Positions 48,610-60,300 of a DNA stretch of 64,000 nucleotides are shown here, piece by piece. Origin of the DNA: Lama guanicoe (Eukaryota); NCBI GenBank assembly GCA_013239625.1, contig MU053881.1:15616373-15680372 (forward strand), written 5' to 3'. The position numbers were made by a program, and so were the translations under genes. Within the stretch, counting starts at the first letter, position 1; every line of letters starts with the position of its first letter. The notes beneath the pieces are model-generated. The model did no database searches and was not told where the DNA came from. It saw only the letters and a program-made list of their open reading frames with translations.

Positions 48610-49285
48610 AGAATTCTATGACCCAGGAATTCCACTCCTAGGTATCTGCTCAAAAGAATTGAAGATAGGTGTTCAAACAAATCCTTGTACACCATATTCC
48701 CCAGCAGTGCTAGTCGCAATCACCAAAAGGTGGAAACAACCCAGAGGTCCATCAGCAGATGAGTGGATGAACAAAATGTGGTCCATCCCGAGGGGAGGGT
48801 CTAGCTCTGTGGTAGAGTGTGTGCTTAGCATGTATGAGGTCCTGGGTTCAATCCCCTGTACCTCCATTAAAAAATAAATAAACCTAATTGCCTCCCCCAC
48901 CAACAACAAAGAAAGAATAAAATGTGGTCCATCCCTACAGTGGAATCTGATTCAGCCATAACAAGGAGTGAAGCTCTGACACACCCTACAATGGTGGAGG
49001 AACCCCCAAAATAAAATGTCATGATGAATGAAAGAAGCAAGACATGAGGGGCCATGTGACATGGGATCCCATTTAGGTGAATTGTCCAGAACAAGGAAAT
49101 CCATAGAGTCAGAAAGCAGATTAGTGATCACCAGGAGCTGGTGGGAGTTGGAGAATGAGAGTGGGCTTCCTTTTGGGGTGATGGGAATGTTCTGGAACTA
49201 GACAGAGGTGATGGCTACACATTGTGAATGTGCTATATGCCACTGAATTGTTCACCTGAAACTTAATTTTCTGTTATGTGAATTT
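48610..49285 (+). mobile_element. L1M 3' fragment with an inserted tRNA-SINE (48791-48918)
   Basis: tatgacccaggaattccactcctaggtat...tggaaacaacccagaggtccatcagcagatgagtggatgaacaaaatgtgg. SINE flanked by a perfect 17-bp TSD aaaatgtggtccatccc (48773-48789, 48919-48935). Confidence 0.88.
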
Positions 49286-51133
49286 CACCTCAGTTGAAAA
49301 AAAATCCCTAACCCCCTTCACCTGCTGCGGGGTGGTCTCTGGATGGTTATGTAATTGCTTTGTGTCCCAAACTGAGGTTTTGGGGTCTGCCAGGTGTAGG
49401 AGAGGCCATGGTAAACCATCAAGTGACAGACTGCTTGCTTAGGGTTGGCCAGTTAAAGGGGCATCTCACCCTCCCTCCTGGGAGTCACCCTCCCCAGGAG
49501 GCCTGTGTCCCACCAGCTCTGGATGGTGGGACACTTAAGAGGCCACACCCCAAAATGCCATCGTTGTTTTAAACGTTGCCCAGTCTCACTTGTGACGCAA
49601 AGAAAGCAAATTAAAGCCACAGGAGGTGCCATTTCCCTGCCTCTTATCAGTTGGGCAAGAACTCAAACTCAGATTAAGGCTCCGAGCTGAGGAGGTGGTG
49701 GCCAGCAGGCAGCGTCTCCTCTTACAGCGGCCCACGGCACAGAGAGGGCATCCTTAGCCACTTAGCCACGTAGGTCCAGCAAAGGGAGCAAGACGCTTGG
49801 AGGGATCAAAGCTGTTGAGAACGCACATGCGCAAAGACTAGGGATGGAGGGGATGATCCCATAGGCTCAGATGTTGGATTCCAGCTTCTTCATGGAGCTC
49901 ACAGGGTCCCATAGGATGAGTGTGGGCTCTGATCTTGCAGCTGAGGAGCTGAAGGCCTGCCAGGGGAAGGACCCACTTTCACCGGCTCCAAAGTCCTGGC
50001 TGTTTGGGGCAGCAAAGTGCGGGTGCTGGTGCCGTCACTGCCTGAAATGCCCCCAGTTGGTGCAGCAAGTAACGCAGGCATTGTTGATCATGCCCTTGCT
50101 CTGCACTGGACACTCCCAAGATTGCTCCCAACTAGTGAATCCCCTGCCCCCATTTTACAGACGAGGAAACTGAGACATAGCTAGACCCCCACCCCCTTTT
50201 TGGAGGCCAGGGTGCGAGGATCAGCGCACACAGACCAAATCCTGCTTTCTGCTTCCTGAGCTCCATCTGGCCCTGGCTTGGTCCCTGGGATGTGCACGGC
50301 CTCAGGGTTAGGCCCCAAGGTCCCCACATGTCCACTGGGAGTCAGGACTTTCCACCAAGCTCAGACCTGCTCCCCACTACAGTATTCTGGTTACACCTGT
50401 CCTGGGCCCCCCTCAGGCCCCCCTATGCCCGCTTGCACCTGAGGTCCACCCTCCACCCCAGGCCCCCAATAAATAAAAGAATGCCAGCACTTCTGGAGTG
50501 CTTACTCTGTACCAGGTACTTTTTAAAGTGTGTGACCTCCTCACACCCACCCAGTGAAGTGGGTTACAGATGAAGCCTCAGGAGTTCAAGTCATTGGCTC
50601 AAAGTCACACAGCCACTGTTGGCCAAGCAGGCTCTAAACCCAGGCCTTCTGCCTTTCAAGAGCCATGTCCTGCTCACAGCCATGTCTCTTCTTCTTGGCA
50701 TACAGTAGGTGCTCAGTCAATGTTTGTGGACTAATTGCTTTCTCATGGAACTCACAACTCACCATCCTTCTGCCTGGCATGCCCATACCCAGCCTGCAAA
50801 TTCCTACTCAAACCTCAAAGCCCCATTTATAATGCTGTCTCCTTAGGAAGTCTTTCTGGCCCTCCTCTGGATTCCTCTAGTCCTTGTTCCCTTCTGCCAG
50901 CCGAGCTCTGAGGCCACAGGACTAGACTCCGTGGGGCTGGGGTTATCCATGTCTGACTTTTTCTCCCCCAGTATTGCCCTGCACAGCCTAGGTGAGGGTG
51001 CAGGTGGAGATGGAGGGGTAGGGATAAGGGACGCTAAGGATATTAGATCTCCCCTACCCACCCATCTTCTCTTCTTTTCCTTTCTGGCGATGTGAAGGAA
51101 ACTTCCCAGAGCAGGAAAAGTCTTGTTATTTAT

Positions 51134-51158
51134 TTTATTAGAAAATAGAGTGTTTATT
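51134..51158 (-). terminator. FCHO1 polyadenylation signals
   Basis: AATAAA on minus at 51153-51158 and 51134-51139, ~220-245 nt after the stop. Confidence 0.7.
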
Positions 51159-51378
51159 CAAAGAACATTAAAAGGTCAAGGACCTTAGAGTTGGCGTGAG
51201 CAGGAGTGAATCTCAGGCTCAGCCAGACCGAGCATGGAGATCCTCTCCATGGAGTCGGGGCCTCAGGGGAGGCCAGGGTGGGGGACCCCTGGGTCCAGCA
51301 GGAGGGCAGGGAGCAGTCAGCGAGCACCAGGATGCAGTGCAGAGCTGGGGCCAGCGGTGCTGGTCGGCCTCTGCAGGC

Positions 51379-54300
51379 TCAACAGCTCACCAGGTACATC
51401 CCTGTGGGGGCAGGGCTGTGAGGACAGGAAGTGGGGACCCTTGCCCCTACCCTGGGATCCCCCAATCCTCCTCAGAACAGCCCAGTAATTCACTGTTCCT
51501 GCTGCCCTGTGGACCTCAACAGCCCCTGTGGGGGCAGGAGAAAAGGGTTGGGGTGAAGGTGGGGTGGGGCTTCCAGCTCTGTGCCTTGGATTCTTGCAAG
51601 GATGCCCTCCAGGGGACATTTCTTGACCCCTCCCATTGGGGCCCTGACCACCCCTCCCCACCTGTGCCCCGCCATCTTGGGTCTCCAGGCCCCAACACCC
51701 ACCTATCCTCCCCACTCCCAAGTGCCTCCCCCAACCCCTGAACCCTGATAGAAGCAGGGAGTGGGGCTCGGAGCCCGCCATGGTCCTGGCTCCAGGGGTG
51801 CACAGCGGTAGAGCGGGGACGTACCTGTGGCGAACCTCCTCTTTACCAGTGACATGCGGTAGCCGTTGCCCACCAGCTCCAGGTCCACGCCGGACAGAGT
51901 GGCCCCCTCACTGGTGAACTGAGCGGCCACAGGGCTGGGTGTACTAGGCCCCGAGCATGGCTCCCAGCTGGCAGATAGGCGGCCAGAGCCTGGGGAGGCC
52001 TGAGGTCAGCTGTGCCCTGTCCCTGGCCCCAGTCCTGCTGTGACCTGGGCTCCTCCTTGGCCCTACACCTGAGCTCTTTGATCTGTGGCTCTGTGTGTTC
52101 CCTTTTCCTTTGACCCCTTGGGGCTATGTGTGGTTTGCCAATGAATCCTGCCTCAGAGCCTTTGCACCTCCTGTGCTCCGCCCCCCTCTCCTCCAGCTTT
52201 GTCAAAGCCCTTTCAAGCTTTCCTCCATGCCTACACTTCCCTACCCCCAGAACACCCCCAAGATTCCCCTAGTTTAAATAAACCTCTCCCACTTGAGACC
52301 CCCATCTCTCATGCATAACCATAACTCACCCCCTGCCTCAGACACATCCGGAAGCTTCCATAAGAACCGCTTCTCCTCCAGGTTCCTGGCGTCAAGAGAA
52401 GCTTGGTCAGGTCTTCCCCAGAAAGGACATTGGGAGCCCAGGGCCCCAGCTCAGTCAGTTCTCAGCTACATGACCCCAGCAAACCAGGTCCCCTCCCTTG
52501 CCTCAGTTTCCCTGCTTGTGAAACGGGAGTGGGGAATGAAGCAGTTGGTTTCTGAAGGCTCCACAGCCTTGCAGCACTGTTAGATGATGCATTGGGTCCT
52601 ATAAGTCTGGCTTCTTCGTGGCAGGTTCTGCCTTTTGTACAAAACAAAGGCAGTGTTGTGCAGTGACTAAAAACCTGGGGCCACGAGTGGGCAGTTGGGT
52701 CCAAATCCTGGTGGGACCTCTGTGGGCCTCCAATCCCCTTCCATAAATGAGGATGATGATGGCTGGACCCCACCCCTTGAGGGATTGCTAAAAGCCCTGA
52801 GCCTTGTCAGTGTGTGCAGAGCACACAGAACAAGCCTGACATAGAAAGCTCTTGGTGTCATCATAACACCCTGAGCTCTAAGTAAGGTGATCCCACGGTG
52901 AATGGCCAGGCCTAGGATGGACCCTACAGTTGTGGCACCAAAGGGAGGTCTGCTAGATTCTAGGGGCGCTGCTGAGCCTCCCCTGGCCTCCTGCCCGCCC
53001 TCACCAGGTGGCAGCCGGCTGCAAGCGGACATTGGTCACAGGCTCCCCCACAGGCAGCAGGATCTGGACATTGGTGAGCGGCGTCGGCACGGCCGTGGCA
53101 CCGGGCCGGTAGCTGTACTCCACCGAGACCTGAGTGAGGGCTGTCCCGCACTGCCAGTGGGCGCTCAGCTGCAGAGGCACTGACTGGAGACCTGGGCGGG
53201 AGAACTAGGGGGAGCAAGAACAGGAGAGAGGACATAGCTTGGGTCGTTCTGTCCTGCCAGACTGTGCACTATTCAACCACCCTGCCCCTGCCATGCCACC
53301 CTCCAGTCAACCAACCTGATTCTGCACTGCCAATGAAACGTTAAGAAGCTCTCTGAGGATGAGAGGCTGTATTACACCATGTCTCCAGCAGAGGGCAGGA
53401 GAGTGCCCCATTCTAACAAAGTCTTGTGGACAGATGTAAGGGCAGGGTCCTGGGATAGGGCCTCTTCTAATTTGCATAATGGGGCCTTCTGCACCAGTAG
53501 GGGCTTGGCCTTGCTACATTGTCCACCCTGCCTACCTCCTGCAGCTCGCCCAGCTCATCCCGCCTCCATTGCTGCTGCCTGCTTGCCCTTCCCCGGTCCC
53601 ATCCCTCTCCCTGCCGCCTCTGCCCACCCCATACACCTGGCTCACCTGGTATCGCAGCAGCATTACATTGTAGTAGGAGGCGGCTGGATTTTGCTCTGCC
53701 TGGCGCTGCAGGGCCTCAGTCAGAGCTGCCATGTTGAGCCAGAAGTCTTTGGTCTCTGGGTCACTCTGGGAGGGGTCACTGCAGAGACCGGGAATAATCA
53801 CCCCAACCCTCGGGAGATGCCTTCCCAAGGCCCCCAGCATCCCACCTACACCCAGGGCTTCCTAAAGATGCAGAGTCCCTGGCTTAACTTTGGGACCATT
53901 GAAAAATGGACCACCAGGGGAGTGGGCAGTGGGGTGGGAAGCAAAGGAGGGAAGGAAAGTGAGGTTCAGAGAGGGAGAGTGACTTGCCCAGGGTCACACA
54001 GCAAATCCTGGGGAGGCAGAAGAGGAATTCAGAGGTGGGGAGGTTCTGGCCCACACCAGCCTCTGGAACCCCTAACTCTGCCTGCCTACTTTCTCCAACA
54101 GTACCTGAAGAGCAGGTCAGCATTGGGCTGGAAGTGCTCGATGAGGGCTGTGTGCACGAGGCGGAAACTGAGGACGGGTGGGGGTGGGGTCCCGCTGAAC
54201 ACACGCACGATGCCGGCAGGGAAGGTCATGGTCAGCTCCCCAGTTACTCGAGCCAGGCAGCTGGGGTGGGGTTGAGGGAACTGGGCATTGGCTCAAGGCT

Positions 54301-57300
54301 GTGCCTGGCACTTCATCCTCCCTTCTCCTGGCTCTACTCCAGCCTGTGGCTCCGCAGGTCCCTCAGAATCAGCAAAGCTCTGACCATGCCCAGCATGCTT
54401 AGCCTCAACCTCCTCCCCTTATGTCCCTGCCTGGACAGCAATCCAGGCACCTGGAAGAATCCACTTTGGGCTGAGGAGGGCAAGAACACACCCTTCCCTG
54501 GTTCTCTTTTCCCCTCGACCACCAGGAAGCTCAATGTAAAACATTCAATTCTGTAACTTTCCTTAGCTTGGGGTTTGGGGTCTAAGACTCTCCTTCTCTT
54601 GGTGGTTTGATCTTAAGGTCGCTTCTGTTGGGCATTGCCCCTGGATTGTCCTTGACCCCTCAACTCACTCTTAACGCACCCCCTCCATGGCTCTGGCCTC
54701 TGATCTTGCTCCCTTCAGTTTGACGCCCACAGCAGCCTCAGGGAATTTCCTCTAAACCATGGCAACAATGCCAGCTCTGCTCAAATGCCCTCCATGGTTC
54801 CTACAGCCATCAGGCAGGCCTGGATGCTCAGCTCAGTGTCTGAGACTGTTCCATGGTAAAGAGGGTCATGAAATCTACCTGAAACCTGTCCTGCTGGAAC
54901 CCAGATGCATAGCCCCCAGGGAGCCCTGTTTGCCTGTCACCATCTGCCCTGCATTCCCCCACTGTGTACCTGGGGCTGTGGCCACGGAAGTAGGCATGGA
55001 CATACTCAGTGAAGGCGGTGGCTACAGGCAGGGCATCCTGGGAGCCCAGGACCACGGGGCTTGGGCCCCGGGAGACTCCTGGGGGTGACAAGGAAGGAAT
55101 AGGGGACAGACAGAGTGAGCACAGGTCCCAGGCTCCAGAACCCACCCTTTGCCAACGTGGCCTCTGTTGTATCACTCAGCCACCCACCACTGGAGGTGAA
55201 ACTGAGGCCCAGAGAGGGCCCACATACCATGTCCTGTCTGGGATGAGAAGCTGGGCCGTTCTGGGATACAGCTGGGGGCTGAAGAGCCCAAAGGGGAGGG
55301 GCTCAGGGAGCGAGACTAAAAAGGAAGGAGATAGGCCAGTCTGTGAACACCCCAACAGCAGTGCCCACTGCTGATCCTGGAGGGGACCCCTAGCCTGGCT
55401 CCTGCCCCTGCCCCTTGCCCTACCAGGTCCCCGTTGCTGCGCATGAGGGGACAGGATGTCTTCCTGGAGCGGGGTCTCCGGGGTGGGGCTGCCAGGCCCT
55501 CCCTGGCTGCAATGTCAGCAGGTACAGGCATCAAGTCTGAGGAATGAGCACGAGAACAGAGAGGGCTGAGATGCTGCCCTAGGCCTCTCAGATCTCCCAG
55601 GGGAGGACCTCAGCCCCACACTGGGAGTCAGGCTTATGTGGGGAGACCCCCTGACGATCAGAAGTCCTGGGGCTGCAGAGAAGGTGCTGGATAGGATTGC
55701 AGACACCATCTGCAACCCTGACTCTCCCAGACACCAGACTGATGCCTCAATAAGTGGTGGGCTCCCCGTCACTGGGGGCAAGCAAGGGCTGGATGCTCAG
55801 GGGACAGACACGCTAGAGGGGGATTTGGCAGAGGGCTTTTATCCAATATTCAGCAATTCCATGACCTACATCCTCTGGCCTGTGTCTGAGTTGCACCCTT
55901 TTAAATTAACAAAACATGGTGTAACACCTAAGTCCTCCTCCCTCTCCCGATTCTCTAGTGTCCCCGCTTTACTCCGTCTACAAATGTTTACTCACCCACC
56001 TCCCCTCCCACCTACACCCCAGGGTATACTCTCTACCCCAGGGTTCTCAACAGGTTGGATCCTTCTCTGTGGTGAGGCCATCCTGTACACTGAAGGGTGT
56101 TGAACATCATCCCTGGCCTCCACCCCCCAGATGTCATGTGTACCTCCACCCCTCAAGTGGTGACAATCCAATATCTGTGATGACATTGCCAAGTGTCCCC
56201 TGGTGGGCAGAACTGACCCAGTTGAGAACCACAGTTCTATATGTAAAGCTCAGGCAAGTGGTTTACACTCGTGGTCTACACTCACTCCCCTGGGCCCTCC
56301 CTTGAGCCAGCTCCAACCAGGCTCTTTCTTTAACCAGGGATGGTCCCAAACATACGTGGTCACAGCGAGAGTCTACAATCCAAGCAGGCCCCACCCAGCC
56401 TCTGCTCATACTCCTCCCTCCCGTGGCTCTGATCTTGCTGGGGGTAAAACTCACATTTCTCCCTGGGACCACCAGGCCCTGCCTGGTCCTGTCTCCCTGC
56501 CAAGATATTCCCCCTCCTCTCCCTCCTCCGTCATCACTCTGTTCTAGCCACACCAGCTTTCTCGTTGTTCTTCAAAGGGCCTACCCTGCGTCCACCCCAG
56601 GGCCATTGCACTGGCTGTACCCTCTGCTGGGCACACCCTCCCCTCCATGGCCATATGGCTGCATTCTCATCTCCATCAAATCTCAGCTCAGATGTCCCCT
56701 CCTCGAGGAGGTCCTACACTTCTGAGTCTTAACCAGGCCTGCTTCCTCCTGCCTTGTTAAATATCTCATTGTCCCTGTGAGGGTGACGGTTTCTGCCTGC
56801 CTGGGTCCCGGCTGTATCCCCAGCACCCTGTTCAGGCTCTGGCCACGTAAGATGCTCTTTCCTCCCCCATGACTCAGATAACACTCAGTATAGGGGCAGA
56901 GGCACTCACCTCCTCCAGCCACAGCCTCCAGCCTCCAGGGGCCCGGAGATGGAGCAAGGGGCTGTGGCGAGTCTGATGGTGGCAAGGGCTGTGTCCCTCT
57001 GGATTCTGGGGGCGGCGCCCTACAGGGAGGTGGGCTCTGTGGGGTGCCGGGGCGGGGGACCCAGGAATCCGGGGAGGGCCCAGGCACCGCGTGGGACGGT
57101 GAGTCCAGGCCGGAGTCCTCCACATTCTCGGGCGACGAGGAGGAAAAAGGCGAGGGGCTGGAGGTGAAGCCGAGGCTGCTGGAGCCTGGGGAAGGGAAGG
57201 GAAGCAGGGGCGCCGCTCCAGACCGCACTCACACGGAGTCCTGTCCATCCTCCCTCAGGCCACGCCCATGTCAAGGGAGGCCCGCCCCCATTCAAGGTCT

Positions 57301-60300
57301 TGCCCGCCCACCCCGCAGGCCGTGGCCTCCGGTTGCTTCCATCTCCACTTAATGTCTCGCCCATCCACTCACTGTTACCCCCGATTCCCACAAAAGCCGC
57401 ATCTTCTCACCGGCTCCACCCATTCACACTGTGGCCCCGTTCACCGTCATATTGGCCTATAAAGGACCCCCACATCCTCCCTCCAGCCTGGACCACCATC
57501 CAGCCAGCCTGGGCTCCCTACCCCAGCCTCCTACCCTTGCGATGGCCCCACCCATCCTCCTACTGGCCACACCCATGCCCCTGAAGCCCCACCCCATCAC
57601 CTGTAAAATCTTCGTGGTCAAAGGCGGACTCTAGCGGCGGCCCAAAGAGGTTCTTGGAAAACTGCTCATCCGATTGCAGCTTCTCTGCACAGCTGGCGAC
57701 AGAGTGAACAGAGTGAACAGGTGGGTCGTTTTGTTTCCATGCCTCCTCTCATCTCAGGGTCTTTGCACATGTCGTTCTTGGGTCTTGAGCTCGGTCCCCT
57801 CAGCTCTCCCTACAGCCTCTTCAGGGCTCAGCTCAAAGTCCATCCGGCCTCCCCTGCTACCTTTCCACCACGGCCCCAGCCAGAATCGCCCGCTCCTACC
57901 TTCCATCACATTGCCTGCTTTAGTAATTCCTCACAGAACTTGGAAACATCGAATATTCTCTAATTTATTTACTCTTCTTAAAGTCTGAGTCACTAGAATG
58001 TGACTCTGAGGAGGATCTGTCATCGACCTCCAGAACTCAGAAGAGCAAAAGCACCCATCAGGCATTCAATAAATGTTCATCAAATTAATGACTAAATGGC
58101 CCCTCAAAAATGGCACACCCTTAACTTCCTGCCAGGGTAAAAGAAGGGGAGGCAGAGACATGGGGGAGGCAGTAAGGGAGGAGGAGAGAGGAGGTGGCAG
58201 GGACAGCCCCTACCTGCCCACTCATGGTGCAATGTCTCATCCCCGTTGAACCCACCTGCCGGCCCTTGGGGCAGATCGAGGCCTCTGTGGTTTCCCAGCA
58301 GTGTCCCCTACAAGAGATGTACCACCTTGAGCTTTCCCGTTGCCCTGCCTGCACCGGTCCCCACTCCACAGACCAGGAGACCAAGGCTTATAGCTGTCCA
58401 GCCAGCTGCCCAAGGTGACCAGCAAAGCAGGCAGAGAGGGATTCCAACCTGAACCAACCTGTCTGCAGGTTTTGGCTTCTTTCCTGGCCCTAGCTCTCTC
58501 TTTAGGCTCTTATTTAATTCTCATAATGACCCCATTTTATAAAAGGAGACTGAGAGTCAGAGTGGGTAAGCAGCCGGCCCTACGTTACACAGCAGAGCTG
58601 GGATTCGAACCCACACCCACACTCCAGGGCCAGCCTCCCTTCCACGGGTTCCTCGCCAAACTGAAGACCTCTTAAGAGGCTACTCACGTGAAGAATGGCG
58701 TTTCATGGTGCCCTATGGACAAAGGGATAGCATCAGGTCAGAGGGCATCTAGCCAGCCTCACCAGTCCCGGGGGCACCTCCCCTTACACCTCACCCCTGG
58801 GCCAGGAGGAAGGATGAGGCTGCCGGCCGTGGCCCTGAGCTGCGCCACAGCTGCCTCAGGGCTGCAGGCTGCGGCCCGGGGCGGGGCAGGCTTGATGTGC
58901 ACGTAGAATTTGCGGGGCTCCTCGTCATCGAAATCAGAGTCGCTGGATGAGAAGCGGGAGGGCTCTGCTGTGCGTGCACCGTGGTCAAGGGGCCAAGTGG
59001 ATCCCAACACGGGGTCTCCCTCTAGTCAGCCCTCAAATCCATCCCTTCCTGCCCTCTTCAAGGCGCTGCAAAATTCCATCTCTCACCCCTTGCCACCCTT
59101 GTCTTGGCATCATGTTTCTGCCTTTCCCCTCCCCCCAAAAGCCTTCGCATACACATGCTCTGCCCTAACTAGTAAACTTCTATTTAACTGCTAAAACCCA
59201 ACACTGGTGACCTCTCCTTCAGGAGGCTTTCTTGGCTCCCTTCTCTGGGGTAACTCAACCCCCTCTCTCCCTCTTGCTCAGCCCTGACCCCACAGGGCAA
59301 GTGTCTGCATCTGAATCTGTCTGGTCCACCCTGGAGGCTCCCCCCAGGATGTACACAGAGATGGTTGCTAACGGTGGGCGGATCATTGTGAACAGAGCTT
59401 TCTCCTTGCTGTGCCAACAACTGCCACTAGAGGGCGCCAGGAGGATATTGTTCTGGGTCACATCAGGCCGGACTGTGAAACCTTCTTCATCCACCTCTGG
59501 ACACGTCTGGCAGGAACAAGTGGTAAGTTAGGCTCTCATGTACTGAACGTCCCATCTCACCCCACCAGGCTCCCCTCCTTCCTCTGGGCCTCTGACTCAG
59601 ACTGAAAAACAACCCTGACGGCAATAACGATCTTCCCCCCAGGGTGTGGGCAGGTTCTTGGAGGAACAAAACATGCCACTGCCCATCCTGCAGGGCAAAT
59701 TGAGGCTAAGTGGGGACGTTGACCCTTCCTATAAGGTCCATGGGAGCTTGTAGCCGAGGTGGGATTTGAACCTGGTCCCTAAGCTGTGCTATGTGTAGCC
59801 CCTTCAGCTCTAGGCTTGACTTCCAGACTTGGGGGGCCCCCTCCCACCTGCAGCTCAGTCTGGCCCCTCCCATGGTACTCACCCCAGAATCAGCCTCCAG
59901 GGAATCTCTGGGGATGGAGAAAGAGATGTCAGTGTCAGCTCCCCATCTCCTCTGGCCTTCCCCTCGGCCCCTAACACTGGACTCAGAACCTGGGGGCAAC
60001 CCCGGGCTGCTACGTTGTCCTGAACCAGCCCTGCAGGTGGTTGGGCCTTGGGGCTTGCTTGGGGCTGGGGAGGCAGTGAATCTGGAGTTAGCCGAGTATA
60101 GTGGGGGGTGATTCTCAAACAGCTGGCAAGGGGAGGAACCCTAGAGCTAGTTTGAATGTAGAGGCTAAACTTGGCAGGGAAATAATGGGGCTAGCCTGGG
60201 CCAGGGGAATCCTGCGCTAGCCAGAGAAAAAACATGGACATGGAGAAGAATTTGGTACTGGTTTGGGCAGGGAGATTCTTGGGCTTGTCTTGGCAAAGTA

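Noticed and set aside
53379..54275. 298-aa plus-strand ORF
   Set aside because: Antisense shadow across FCHO1 exons and introns in GC-rich DNA; no domain features.
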